From Lobosporangium transversale (Eukaryota), in NCBI RefSeq assembly GCF_002105155.1, contig NW_019029002.1, positions 496,001 through 560,000 of the forward strand: DNA of 64,000 nucleotides, read 5' to 3'. A model generated the notes under the pieces. It was not told the origin of the DNA and ran no database searches. It worked only from the letters and a program-made list of their open reading frames with translations. Shown here one piece after another: positions 25,186 to 38,508 of this stretch. The number at the start of each line of letters is the position of its first letter. The stretch's first letter is position 1. The translations under genes were made by a program, and so were the position numbers.

Positions 25186-25392
25186 TTATTTGCCAACGTC
25201 CTGTCCTTGCTGTTGGTGCTGCTGATTTTGATCTCCAGATCCCTGTGAGGCTTTTTGAGCCGATGCCTGAGAATTGTCCTTGTCTCGCTTGGACGTCTCC
25301 TCGCGTTGATAAAGGTTCGAGGTATCTGTTGGGTTCTTTTTGGACTTCTCAGAAGACTCTTGTTGAAGACGGTTAGCAGAGTTGGCATTCAT
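25186..25392 (-). CDS. Candidate small hydrophilic (hydrophilin-like) protein, 68 aa
   Basis: ATG-started ORF MNANSANRLQQESSEKSKKNPTDTSN..QGQDVGK, almost free of hydrophobic residues, with frequent GCT/TCT/AAC/AAG/GAG codons. TATATAAAA on the minus strand at 25596-25588. Confidence 0.5.
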   Translation of the reverse strand: MNANSANRLQQESSEKSKKNPTDTSNLYQREETSKRDKDNSQASAQKASQGSGDQNQQHQQQGQDVGK

Positions 25393-26112
25393 TCTTCTTA
25401 TTTTTTTATTTTATTTTATTTTTTTTTCCTAATATATTCTTTGGATGGGTAAATGTAATGCGTTTACTGTGATTGGAGAGTAAGAAGTTCAAGGGTGCTT
25501 ATGTTTGAAGAAAAAGAAAGAAAGCGGTGGAGCGAAAATGAAAAGGAAAGAAAAGGATTGAAAGCGGGGCCTTTTCTTTTTTATCCGTTTTATATACTAG
25601 GACGGCCTTTTTCTTAACATGTCATGGTGACGCGTAAAATAAAAGTTGGGAACTGATACAAAAGGACTGGCTTTCAAGCAAGCTTGATGGAGACATGAAC
25701 GCATCGTTGCGATTGCTGTGCAACAAAGTATATTTAATGTTTTAGAAACTTAGAAACGAACCTTCCTCATAATTCTTTGAGAAAATCACAGAATATCGCA
25801 TAAGGTTTAAACAAATAGCGTCCATTCTAGCCTATGGGCTACTTGTATTGACAAGTCTCACCTTTCTAGGCCACTCAAGTTCATTTGCTCCTTCAACATC
25901 TTTTGGAACATGAGGGCTAGCCTTTTGGCTTTTCAGATTTAGCCACTACCGGCCTTAATAAAGCGTCTGGACCTTCAACGAACCAGTCGATGAGATATAT
26001 ATTTCATAAAATGTATCTCTGTTGGCGAATTAGATAACTATCCTCTTCTCTCCCCTCTACCCCCTGCCTTTCTTAGAGCGCCAAGACACGTTATTAGAGC
26101 TAACTAATGAAG

Positions 26113-26144
<32 letters not shown>

Positions 26145-26929
26145 GCTCCCATACCGTGCAAGGGGGCTCAACATGAAAGTTGGGCGATGTGGGATCCTTA
26201 AGTAAAGCCCTAGTCGTATTGTAAATGTTTTTAGACAAACATGTTTTCCCGATCCACTAATATAACACTGAGGCACTGAAGCATAGTGGATTCAACATCA
26301 TCGCGTGACAAATTTAATGCTCATCTACTGAATTGTCGCTGTCGATCGTACCATAAAATACTTTGTGGGGAAGAACCACAAGATCGCTGTCATTTGTCAA
26401 CCCCACACTAAAACATAAATATATTATTATTATTATTATTATAACTATTATAGTTATTTTTCCTTGATTTATCTGAATGCTTACCTTACCCAACGGTCCT
26501 ATTTTTAGAAAGCCCATGATTAAGTAACGCACCCATGGCACAGCGTCCGACTATTGCGCCATTTGGCTATTGCGTTTTCATTTATACTCTTAAGGCTATG
26601 GCTAGTCTTTAACCGCAACATCCTTTTTATAAAGGAAAAAAATCCTTTGCACGTGGGATATGCTGTACATGTACATGTACAGTACATGTATAGTCCTTCA
26701 ATGTAATTCTAAAGCTAAAAGGGACTCTGACGTTCCGTTATCTAATCCGGATACACTTGACGGTGTGTAGAAGAGGGGGGAGCTGTTCTTTAAGTAAGCA
26801 GCGGTGACTGCTAAACTTAGGGAAATTACCTCATAAATGTGTGGATTTACGCCAGAAACTGATGTTTAATTATTATTCATATTATTACCATTATTAATAA
26901 TACTTATTGCTTTTTTTTTTTTTATTTTT

Positions 26930-27619
26930 TTAAACGGTTTTGTCAAAGACTTCCTCAAAGGTCGAAGGTTCCTGAGCACCCGAAAGTACAAACTTTTCGT
27001 TAAAGGTGAAATTCGGCACACCTTGCACACCTTGTAACTTGGCACGTTCAATTTCTTGTTGAACCTCTTGAACGCCTTCATCTGATTTCAAAAACTTCTC
27101 CACTTCCTCTCGATCTAATCCAACCTTCACAGCCGATTCAATCAACGTCGGGATCTCTCCACACTTGTCCTCTTCAAAATAATTCTTGAACAACTCAGTC
27201 ACCATCTCATCTTGTTTACCCTTGCGGGTCGCAAACCAGACCAATCGATGAGAATCCAATGTGTTGACTATGTTCCCACCGTATTTGAAATGAATACCTT
27301 CAGCTTCCCCCACTTTGATCATTCGATCTCGAATCAAAGGTGCTCGAGTGGGTCCAAACTTGTTAGCATAATTGGTCATCTTTGGGATCGGTGTCTTTGA
27401 AGCGGAGGGATCCAATTGATAAGGGAACCAGTTCACTTCAAATTGAACATCCTTGTTCTCAGGCTTGGACCTGTATGACGAAATCGCCTTCTCCAGTCGG
27501 ATCTTGCCGATGTAGCACCATGGGCAGACTATGTCACTGACAATGTCGATCTTGATTTTCTTGGGGGTTGAAGCTGCTGTAGATGACATCTTTCGAAGCA
27601 ATTGTACAGAACGTTGCAT
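26930..27619 (-). CDS. DsbA-like/FrnE-type thioredoxin-fold oxidoreductase, intronless
   Basis: KIDIVSDIVCPWCYIG (CPWC active site), WFPYQLDP, NTLDSHRL, GVQGVPNF, SGAQEPSTF. Start at 27619 (MQRSVQ) or 27589 (MSSTAA). Confidence 0.92.
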   Translation of the reverse strand: MQRSVQLLRKMSSTAASTPKKIKIDIVSDIVCPWCYIGKIRLEKAISSYRSKPENKDVQFEVNWFPYQLDPSASKTPIPKMTNYANKFGPTRAPLIRDRMIKVGEAEGIHFKYGGNIVNTLDSHRLVWFATRKGKQDEMVTELFKNYFEEDKCGEIPTLIESAVKVGLDREEVEKFLKSDEGVQEVQQEIERAKLQGVQGVPNFTFNEKFVLSGAQEPSTFEEVFDKTV

Positions 27620-27887
27620 ATAAAATGATGGATAGTATTGGGAGGTTGAAAGGGGACTGTGAGAAAAAAAAAAAAAAAAAAAAAAAAAAATGGACAAAGC
27701 TGTTGCAAAAAAATATAGCGCAGTTGTAAATTACAAATTTTATCTACGTACAAAATGTACCCCATGACCAAACAAGTTTGCAGTCTTGTTAAACAGGATC
27801 TTTTTTTTGGAGCTCAGCCCAGAAATGCTATTAAATTCGCTACTTCCTGAGAAAGTAAGAAAGCCATCATATGCTGGGTAAAATTTG

Positions 27888-27918
<31 letters not shown>

Positions 27919-27997
27919 CAGTTTCTGGCAAAATACATGTGATTTACAATAAATTAAAGCTATTACGTATGGCATATGGCTATTGTTGCTATCTTTA

Positions 27998-30482
27998 TTA
28001 ATTTGTAGCATTATACTCAGTGCCTGTCTCGTCTTCCTGAGGCTGCGCCTGAAACTTGAAAATCTTGCTAGCGTCATCTAGAAGATCTCGGAGGCCTACA
28101 GGGACTGTACTGCCTGGGCATAAATAATTCTGGAATGCCTCAGTCATATCCAAATGAGGGAAGGTCTCCGGTGAGGGAGTATCTTGCCCAAGCAAAATAG
28201 GCGTCGCTATCTCCGCCGATGATGTTCCCTGATGGGTTTCTCGCATCCCTGAAGAAGCCGGAGAAGGAGAAGGAGATGAAGAGTTTTGAGAACTTAAAGA
28301 ATGACTATTCGAGAACTGTGTCTGGCTAAATCCCGGTGAAGTGATACTTGAAGGCGTCAATGGGGTCTGCACATGCATGTTGTTTTGATGTTGAAGAGCA
28401 TTATGTAACTGCTGTTGCTGTTGCTGATGATGGCGCTGGTGTCGTTGCAAATAAGTTGATGCAAAATCAAGATCATTCTCTTGACTGAATCCGTCTTGGT
28501 ATTTAGCCACTGAAGAGTCAAGCATCGACATTAACTCTCTCTGTTGTTGGTCAGAGTTGAGCTGTTGATAATTGTTCAGAGCCGAGAAGTTGGACAGGAA
28601 ATTATCCACTTTAAATTCCGATCTTGGCTGCTCTTGTTGCCGCCGCTGGAATTCCAAGAGCTGACGTTGCTGGTTTAAGCGGTGTTGCTCTTGAATTTGC
28701 GCCGCCGTCAGCCGGTTCAATGACGAGCCAGACTGAGGTACACTAGGGAGATGCTGCTGGTGTTGTTGTTGATGAAGACGCTGCTGTTCTTCTTGAAGCG
28801 CCAAAAGTTGAGCCACTGACAAGAGTGGGGTAGAGTTCTGAGAATTATTATCAGCTGATATCTGACGCTGCGCTAAATCAAAAGTATTAAATTCTGATGA
28901 AAGGGGATTCATGTCTACGAATCCTGGTACGGAGTGTAGATAGAGACTCGGATCAGATGAGGTGGTTGTTTGTGGTTCAGATGAGACGAGGGTTGACGAC
29001 AATGATATACTAGGCATATCGGGTGAAGGAGATGACTTGAAGCTTTGCGTTAAATCTTCGTGTTGCTGTTGCTGTTGCTGTGGTTCGGACTTGTATGTTG
29101 CTTGTTGAACTAACTTTTTGTTATCACTCTGTACATGGGATGGCGTTGAGCCATGCTGCAATGGCCGGGCTGAACTCGTACTTGTTCCTGATTGGTTCGT
29201 CAGCCCTGAGGCCAAATTATGATGATCAGCTGGACCAGACATACCAAAGGGTGAAGAGGTATATGGCAACAGAGACGGACCGGAAGAAGGGATGATGGGG
29301 GCGCTTACCAAAGGCTCCCCGAAATCGCAGATCTTGCTTGAGCCCTTGCCGTGCGTCACTCGACTGATAGAAGAACCGCTCTTCCCTGGGATTTGAGTTG
29401 CCATCCTTGCAGAAACTACCGCAGGAGATACAGGAGCGATATTTGAAGTTGAGGAAGGCCCTGACATTTTGGGCGATATTTTTCTCATGCGGATGGGTGA
29501 TGCTCCTGACGTAAAATTCATCCTAGCTCCATATTTTTGTGACATTGGAAGGATGGGTTTCAGTTGAGGACGTTGATCATGATAACAAGGCGTCGATGTT
29601 GAAACCTGTTCATTGCGAGGGCCTTCCATTGAACTGTCGGTGGAGCTTTTTAAGAGCTCGATTTGTTTCTCGATATCGGTCGCCGTTGATTCCCGGAGAA
29701 GGATATTTAGAAGTGCTAAAGTTCGTTTAAACATTATAGGGTTATTGACACCTCGCCGGATATCGTTTGCCTGAACTGTCGCTGCCGCAATGAGGCAATA
29801 GATGGTAAAATAGCAACCACGTATCGGGTAGGTCAAAGGAACGATTCCATGATTCGTGTAAACATCGTCCACAATTACTGTGATAGTAGTGGCATTCATT
29901 GTAGACGTCTCTCTGGCTGTCACAGACATTTCATGCTGGCTAATATTTGGATCTTCACCATAGCAACGCTCGAGCATCATTTGGCATATATGGTGGATTG
30001 AATGGATCATTGCAACAAAGGGTGTATGTGGCGACATATTTGATGCCAATCGAAGTCGAGGTGGCAAGTTCTCTCTCCATGAAATCATCATATCACGGAT
30101 CGTCCGGCCTTGTTGAAGTGCGTCTTCAGGCTTAACCTTCTTTGCACTGAACTTTCGGACCAGATATATTGCTCGGTGATTGACCTTAGCCAGCTTGATA
30201 TATTCAACGATGTTGTGGATGTTTTCAATCTCTTGAGGATCATTAGGATCCTCATTGTCGACACAGGGCATGTCAGCCTCTGGCTCAACCTCGTTAAAGC
30301 TCATGGAACGTCCTTGCGAGATGGAAATAAATTGATCCAATACAAAGACCGTCCAGAAAAGTCTACGGCGTACTTCGTGACTTTCTGGATTCAGTTTCAC
30401 GTTGACTGGCGAAGTTTTATGAAGTTGCAATTCCTAATTTTTTAAAAAAAAAAAAAAAGGCAGACGTTCCAATATTGACTTG

Positions 30483-30534
<52 letters not shown>

Positions 30535-31661
30535 TAAAGGGTAACAAAGAAGAAATTAAAGAAAAAAAAAAAAAAAAAAAAAAAAGGTCGTTTCATTACC
30601 CGCGCGAGAACGATCACCATCTGTGCGTACATGTATGTGCGGAAGTAAAAACCAGTATGCTTTACGCCCTCTTGATATTTGATGATCAGTAAGAGTGCCT
30701 GGATGGTCGATAACCTAGGCTTGTCCAGAGTATCGTCTAATCGACTAAGCCAGAGCTCAAAATAGCGTCTACCATCCTGTTCACGGCCAGGAGCATAATT
30801 GCATGCTATAGCGTAGATAGCAGCCAATAAAAAATCAGGTACAGGATCTTTAGGATCGTTTAAGCGTCGTATGAAGCTTGGCTTGTGTAAAATCAGATAA
30901 TATGGGTGAATGTGTTGGAAATAGAGATCAATCAAGTCCGGCTGAATGTCCACCAAGGGTACTGATCGACTCCTGGAAGAACGATGATGTACTCCTGGAC
31001 TGCTTCCTCCACTATTACGTTTACTCATGTTGGATTGCTTAATTTCTGGGGAAGCTGATTTAAGCTCTCTTTGGCCACTGATCACATGTGATTCTATATC
31101 GGAAAATTCTTCTCCTGAGGAAGTCTCTCTCGAATCATTGTCTTCTACAATCTGACTGAAACTACGAAGAGTATGGGGCGCAACGCCAAAGGTATCGAGC
31201 TGTAGACGGTCCATCACTTGGGAAAGATCTTCTGTAGGCGAAGATCGTCCAATTGAAGGAAATAAACTGGAGGTACTATTACTCCTGCTTGGTCTGTTAG
31301 GGTATCCAGAGAGAAAAGAGGAAGAGGGCGTTGACTTTGAATAGGTGGACATGTCCATTGCATGCTGACCAAAAGCCGGTACAGATACAGAAGATGCAGG
31401 TATGTTGTTTAGACGTTCACGCTCTCGTTCTCGAGCTCTCTGTTCTTTCTCTCGTTGATGAACTAGATGTGGGTTGTTTTCTTCCATGACCTTATCAATA
31501 TCGAGGATAACGCCATTCTTTTGAGCGAAAATGCAGGCTGTTCCGATCCTGGCGCAGGTGGAGCATTTGTCGCTCTGGCCATCAAAGTTGCAACGAGTCT
31601 TTCTTCGTCGGCATTCTTGGCAAGATATGCGCGCAATGAGCCTGGGCTTGATCTTTGTCAT
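27998..31661 (-). CDS. Zn(II)2Cys6 transcription factor with fungal-specific TF (middle homology) domain; intron 30599-30434
   Basis: CQECRRRKTRCNFDGQSDKCSTCARIGTAC; LIDLYFQHIHPYYLILHKPSF; LARELQLH; EVRRRLFWTVFVLDQ; Q-rich C-terminus. Confidence 0.93.
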
Positions 31662-32151
31662 TATCGAGAGCGACTGGTATCAGTGTGGATGAACTTTAGT
31701 CAAACAAAAAAAAAAAAAAAAAAAAAAAAAAAAGGTTGATCCAATGGAAAAAAGATGGATAGAAGGCTCAGGATCAAAGATCAAGGAGAAGGGGAAAGAA
31801 ATAATATGAAGAATAGAAAAGAATAGGACTATGAAAGAAGCGATCAATTAGATGAGATCTTCGTGATATTGAGAAGAATTGGAGGAACAATGGGCGAGTG
31901 AATGAAGAAATGGATGCGATGAAAATGGAGGAGGGATGGAGCATGAGGAATGAATGTGGAAAAGAAGACGAAGGAATGAAGGGAGGAAGGACAGAAGGAA
32001 AATAAGTTTTATGGGAGTGTCCTAACCTCAGAACAACAAAGGCAGATTACCCAGTTGGAGTATTGGACTAGAGTTTACAAAGCATGGAGAAAAACAGAAA
32101 TAAGATTAAAAAAGATTCATGAGCAAGCGCTCATTCGTTCGTCCGTGGGCG

Positions 32152-32169
32152 CAACAAACAAACAACAGC

Positions 32170-32199
<30 letters not shown>
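32152..32199. repeat. (CAA)n microsatellite in the intergenic region between divergent genes
   Basis: caacaacaa run seen directly. Confidence 0.85.
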
Positions 32200-32200
<1 letters not shown>

Positions 32201-34076
32201 CTATCTATTTTGTAAACTTAAATACAGAAACAACAGCTTTTACAGGATTCAGCACCGTTGACACATTGCTTGCTTGATTTATTACTGCCTTTAATTTTAT
32301 TTTGATAAACATGAGATTGTGCCATTGTGGGCTATGATGGACTTGTGTAGCCACAGGATTGAGATTCTATACTTCAACCTATTACATTTCCTTGTTTGTC
32401 TAGCTGTCTTTCTATCCATTCTGTTGTTTCCCTTTCTCCTGAATCGTTTCCAAGATGGCTATTGCTCCAAACAACTGCTCATTCCTATGCAACATCTAGA
32501 GAACCTTATTATTTTATTTTGGTTTTATTTTTTGTGATCCTTATGTTTCTTAAGCTCATCCGTTTCTAGACAAATGTCTTTATCGACGTCCATTACAAAA
32601 ACTCAATTTCTTTTTTCCTCTTCTCCTATTGATCCCCAACAGTTTTTCGTCCGATGCATGCAGTGTTAGTCCCCCCTTTTTATTGCGCTATGCGCTATAT
32701 TCATTAATGTCTCTCTGTATGACAGACCCAAATGCAATAAAAATAAAGTAAATAAAAAATAAAAATAAAAAATTATCAGATGACAAACAATAGACTATGG
32801 CAAAACTGTTTGCCCAGACCCTTTTTTCCCTCGGGGTATTTTATGATTTGGAGTAAGATCTATCCACGCTTATTGGCGATAAGGAAGAATCAGAAAGTTT
32901 GTTCATTTGAAAGACCCTTAAAAAGCATCTTTTCAGGGAAAGTTCACTATCCTATTCCATGAGACATGAATTCTGCTGGAGGAAATCCATTTCGAAAGAG
33001 ATAGAAAGGAAAGCGGGGAAGAGGAACGAAAAGAAGAAGAGGAGGCGAAGACTCGGTTCCGGGAAAACAAAACAAAATAAAATAAATGAGGAGCCTGTGT
33101 ATAAAAGCATGCATCATGTCTTTGTCACTTTGTCAACAAATGCACTTTCACAGACTTTATTTTTATTTATTTGGACTTTAAGCATTGTCAGAGAAAACAT
33201 CACCTGAGTTACACAAGCCAAAGGGGAAGGTGTGAAAATCAATTTAGTTGCAATTTAATAGTTTGTAATACTTACAAATATCAGTGGGGGGGGGGGAAAA
33301 TGACCACATCCCCAAAAAGGAGAGACAACACGATTTTTTTATATTTATTTATTTCATGGCTTTAAATCCAAACATGAAGTTTATATGGATCCCGATTTAT
33401 CGGAACATGAGGCGCCTTCATTTCGTCATTTGCACATAAAAATGAAACACACAGCCATTCACACCACAGATACAAAGAATATTGAAAAATAAAGACGCGT
33501 CAACTCAGACACGAATAAAAACATATGTAAAAAAAAAATTCTTTTAGAGACAGTCATGTTGATTTTTTATATGCCTGTAATGCCATCAAAGGTGTATAAC
33601 AATAACATGAAACTCTTATTATCGGCACCCCACAGAGGCACCGCATGGATACTATGTCCCTAATTGATTCCTCCCCCTCTCCCCTCTCTCCCTCTTTACT
33701 ATAAGCAATAGAACCCTGGCTATGACAGAGTGTCTCGGTTTTGTATATCCATGACTCTCCTTGCGCGTCATTGTCTCTCTAAGGACTCCTTCCGGAGAAA
33801 GCATTCATATAATATCTACTACTCTTTTCTATCTCTTTCTTCTCTCTTTCTCTTCTTCTACCATTCCCTCTATTATTTCATCGAGATTTGATATCTTTTT
33901 TTATTTTTATTTTTTTATTTTATTTTATTTTTTTGTCTGTTTATCTACAAAGTCCCTTCTAATCAACTCCATCATCTTACTATCCTGTCCAAACCAAATA
34001 ACAAATGAAAGACTATTTCGACAAGATACCTTTCTTTAATCAAGTACATTTTCCAGAAAGAAAAAAATCCCCCACC

Positions 34077-35347
34077 ATGGTCACTTTCAACCGGCCTCTC
34101 GCCAACAGAATGATGGGCTCTCTTCATATATTCCTTACGTATATGCTGCCTCTCCTCGTTCTCGCTCAACAACAACAACCTCCACCAACGCAACCTGATG
34201 GTAAAGATTTTTCTTTTTCTTTATTTTTTATTTTTTTTTATTTTATTTTTTTTTTTTACATTTTTTATCTTGCAAGATATAACCCTTTTTTATTTTCCCC
34301 TCCTACTTGCTAGGCAATGGTCAATCTTCCGACTTGACATGGCAAAAGATCGTCGCAGGCTTTGTCCTCCTGTTGGTCGGCATCATCCTCAGCTTCCGAG
34401 GCTATCGTTATTATCGCACCAGCATGTTCCTCGCTGGCTTCATTGCTGGTTGTGTGATCGTCTATTCGATCTTTAAGAGTTTCGAGCCCGACAGCGGTTG
34501 GAAACACCGTCAGATCATCTATGTCTTTGGCTGTATCGGTGGCGGTCTCCTCATCGGCTCTATCTGTTGGCTCTTTTATCATTACGCAGCCTGGATGTTG
34601 GGCGCTGTCGCCGGTTTGGCCGTTGCGCTTTATATTCTCGGTTGGCGTAACGGGGGTCTAATTCGTTCCAAGGGTGGTCGAGTCGGTCTTCTCGCCGGAG
34701 CTTCGGCCCTGGGTCTCATCTTTGGTTTATTACTCGGTCGTAAAATCCTGATCCCCGCTAGTGCAATCGTCGGTGCCTATGTGGCCATCCTCGGTGTCGA
34801 CCTCTTTGCTCACACAGGCTTTGTAGACTCTGTCAGACGATTCTTCTCATCCGATTCAAGAATCGATTACAATCTCACTACAAACCTGTACATCATGCTC
34901 GGTGTCGTCGGTGGACTGATGCTGCTCGGTTTCTTGTTCCAGGTCTTTTCTTGGCGACGTCAGCGAAAATTAATGAAAGAGCAAGGTCGTGATACTTATG
35001 AGTATGAAAAGGATTGGACCCCGTTCGGGCAGCGCAAGCCTCGTGCTATCCGTCCCGATTCTACTTATCCCGATGGAAGACAGTCTGAATACAATGATCG
35101 CTACAGCGGCTACAACAGCTATAATAACTATAATAACTATAACAACCCAGCGAATGCTCCTGTCGCTTCCACTTCCGCCGGCACTGCCCTACGTGATAAT
35201 CAGCAGGAGCACTATAATGAAAAGAGCTCCTGGAATCCTTTAAAGAAAAACAAAGAGACCAACACAACCACTACAGTACAAAATGACTATCCCGACAATC
35301 GCGTCAGCTACAATAGTCAGTCTGCTTTGAATCAGCCGCAGCAGTAG
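34077..35347 (+). CDS. DUF4203 / TMEM198-TM7SF3-like multipass membrane protein; intron 34201-34313
   Basis: Signal-like N-terminus, then GIILSFRGYRYYRTSMFLAGF, several Gly-rich TM helices, SAIVGAYVAILGVDLF and GFLFQ, followed by a hydrophilic tail. Confidence 0.82.
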
Positions 35348-35426
35348 TTGAAGTGGTAGCAGTGGCTGTGGTACGTGTTTCGTAATTAGTAGATGTTTCC
35401 TTAATTGGCCTTTTCCTTTTTCTTTC

Positions 35427-35462
<36 letters not shown>

Positions 35463-36054
35463 CTTATTCTTACTCAAACATCCTTGTGAATAATTGTCTC
35501 ATTTTATATCAGCAATAATCTTTGGGTCCTTATAGCATTCTTAGCAATGAAGGCTTCCAATAAAAAAAAATATTGATTTCAAAATCAGATTTAATAAAAT
35601 GTACCACGTGCCATTTATGAACATGATAATGAAAATAATGAAAATATTTATATATTGGGCTATACACATAAGCTACATAGAAGTTGATTAAAAAGGAAAA
35701 GTAGGGGAAGAAGAGAGTAAGTAGAGAGTAAAGAAATTGTGTTGGATGTGGAGGTAAAATAAACAAAAAAGGAAAAAAAAAAAAAAAAAAAAAAAAAGGT
35801 GAATATGTATGTGCATTAATCGACTCAATCTGTCCTATCCCCACATCGCACGCCCTTTTTTTCTTTTTTTATCAGACACATCCATCTTTCCCGATCACTC
35901 TCTTGTTCTCTCTGAAAACGAGATTAACAAAGAGTAATTGGAGAGAGGCAAGAACAAAAGTAACGCTTTTATATACACCAAAAGAAAGAAAAGAAAAGAA
36001 GAGAAAAGAAGAGAACTGATATCATGGGGGATTTTTTTTTCTGCCTCCAGCTTT

Positions 36055-36085
<31 letters not shown>

Positions 36086-36113
36086 CCTCCTCCAGTGCCA
36101 GACCAGGCAGGGA

Positions 36114-38038
36114 TTAATATGAAGAGTATTCCAGGATTGGAGCTCCAGATTCAGAGATCTCGGGAATGGTACATTTGAGATCAAAGGCCTTGGAGAGCAC
36201 GATCTTGAAAATCTTTTGGACATTAATTGAATGTGAGGTGGAGCAAAAGATAAGCGGTGCTTTCATTGCCCTGGCAAACTTGCGCGCCTGTTTCGTCACT
36301 TCCTCCTGTTCCTCTTTTGAAAATGTTGAGAAATAATCATATTTTGTTCCCACAAGGAACGGAATCGCAGTCTATAACAAAGGGTAAGAATTGAAGGAAA
36401 AGATAAAGAGTTTTTATGGTTAGGGTTCTGATCATGATCATGGTTCTAGCCATAGCTAAAGCGAATGGTAAAAACACATCATTGAAAAAAAAAAAAAAAA
36501 AAAAAAACACACCCCACACGCAATACAGATTTTTTTTTTTTTTTTAAGCACAGATATTTAGGGTTAGTAACATGACCCACAAAGGAGAGAGCAAGTGTTG
36601 TCATTCTAATCCACACCCACACACTATACACTATACACGATACACGATTCAGGATACACAAATACACACATTATCGCACAGCCTAAAAAAAACCCACAGA
36701 CGGGAAGATTGAACAGAGGGGCGAGGAAAGATGTCTTTTCGTCGGATTAGAAGTCCAATGTCCCAATGTGCTATTGTGTTGTGTGTGTGCGTGTGTTTTT
36801 TTTTTTTTCTTTTCTCCATAGTGAAAAGGAGGAAAAAAAAAAAAAAAAAAAAAAAAGTCCAATAAATACCTTGTTGAATCCTCTTGCTTGACGGTACCAC
36901 TCCTTGATGCTGTTCAAGGTCGATTTACGTGACAAATCAAACATGAATAGGATAGCAACTGCGTCATTGCAAACAAGTGGCAGCATGTTGACAAACTCGC
37001 GTTGACCTATTTCCACATGGTCCAAAGTGTTTTTTTTTATAGTTAGAATTTTAAAAGATGTTGTCCCACAGAGATATTTCATGAACACAAAGAAGGGAGC
37101 GAATGACCCCATTGAGCTGTATAAAAAAAAAAAAGAAAAAAAAAAAGATACGTCGCGATTGTTTATGACTTCTGTACTCTGTACTACTTTTGCAGTACAT
37201 TTATTCCCTCCATCCCGTAGGGAATCATAATGCAAATGTGTAAGGTTTCTTTCATACCACCGGTATTTCTTCCTATGACATGGGACTAGAAGGTTCTGCC
37301 CACGTTTGTTTCCACACATTCACTGTCATTTAGCCACCCTCTCCATGTTCATTTTACTTCATGTAGCCAATGCAGAGAATTTCAGTCGATTGAAACAATT
37401 AAAGGAAGGGGAGGGGAAATAAGCTCGTCTCATTTGAGACGCACATCATAAATGACTATGCTGAAACGATGAAGAAGGAGAGGAGAAAAATATCCTTCGA
37501 TTTTTTTTTTTCCAGAGTAGTTTTGAACAAGTCAATAAATGGCTAAATACACTTTTTTTTGCTTTACCCTTTTTTTTTTTTTTTTTTTTTCATGTCCTCA
37601 TCTTTATGCAAGGTAATGTAAGCATGTTTAATATTGACATGCACAATTCGTATCCCAGAGTATTATCTTTTTTCTTTTTTCTTTTTTTTTTTTTTCTTTT
37701 TTTGTATGTGTGTGAATGTATTTCCGTTTATTGTGTTGATGCGCGAATGTTTATTTTGTCCCTGAATATTCGACCATCTCCTCTTTTACTCTTCGCATTC
37801 ATTGTATTTCCCGTTTGCTATATATACAATACTATACTATACCCAGCCATGACACAACAATAACCCGAGCGCAGATAAGCTTCAATGAAGGAGAGGAGAG
37901 GAGGATGCGATGAACGATGGATGATGAACAAATGGTTGTGTGCCATAGCCAACCAAGCACTGTAACTCTTATGAGCCACTTCCAACCCTTCTCTCACTCT
38001 CCCACTCTACCACTTCCCCGACATGTTTGTTTATGTTT

Positions 38039-38074
<36 letters not shown>

Positions 38075-38477
38075 CTCATCCCACTCCAATCCCACAACCC
38101 TACACTTGTAAGGATATATATTTGATCAAGAGGAGGGGAGAAAGAGAAGGGGAAGTGCTGTAGTTGTTTGAGAACTTTTTTTTTTTTTTTTTCTTTTTTT
38201 TTTTCTTGTCAATTGACATCTTTCCTTACCTCCGAGATCCCATATACTGAAAGTGATTTCTGTGTTTCGAATCGAAATTGTCTTTTCCATAAAGTTGACA
38301 CCTATTATTGAAAGGAAAAATAAAATAAAAAATAAAGATGAGCACAATGGAACCCAATGGGTGGCAGAGATCATGCATAATTAGCAAACAACGCATTCCC
38401 TCTCTCTCTCCATCCCAGCTATAACCGTCCCAGCCAGGCTATAATAGTTATAATACAATATTATATGTAGAAGAAAG

Positions 38478-38508
<31 letters not shown>

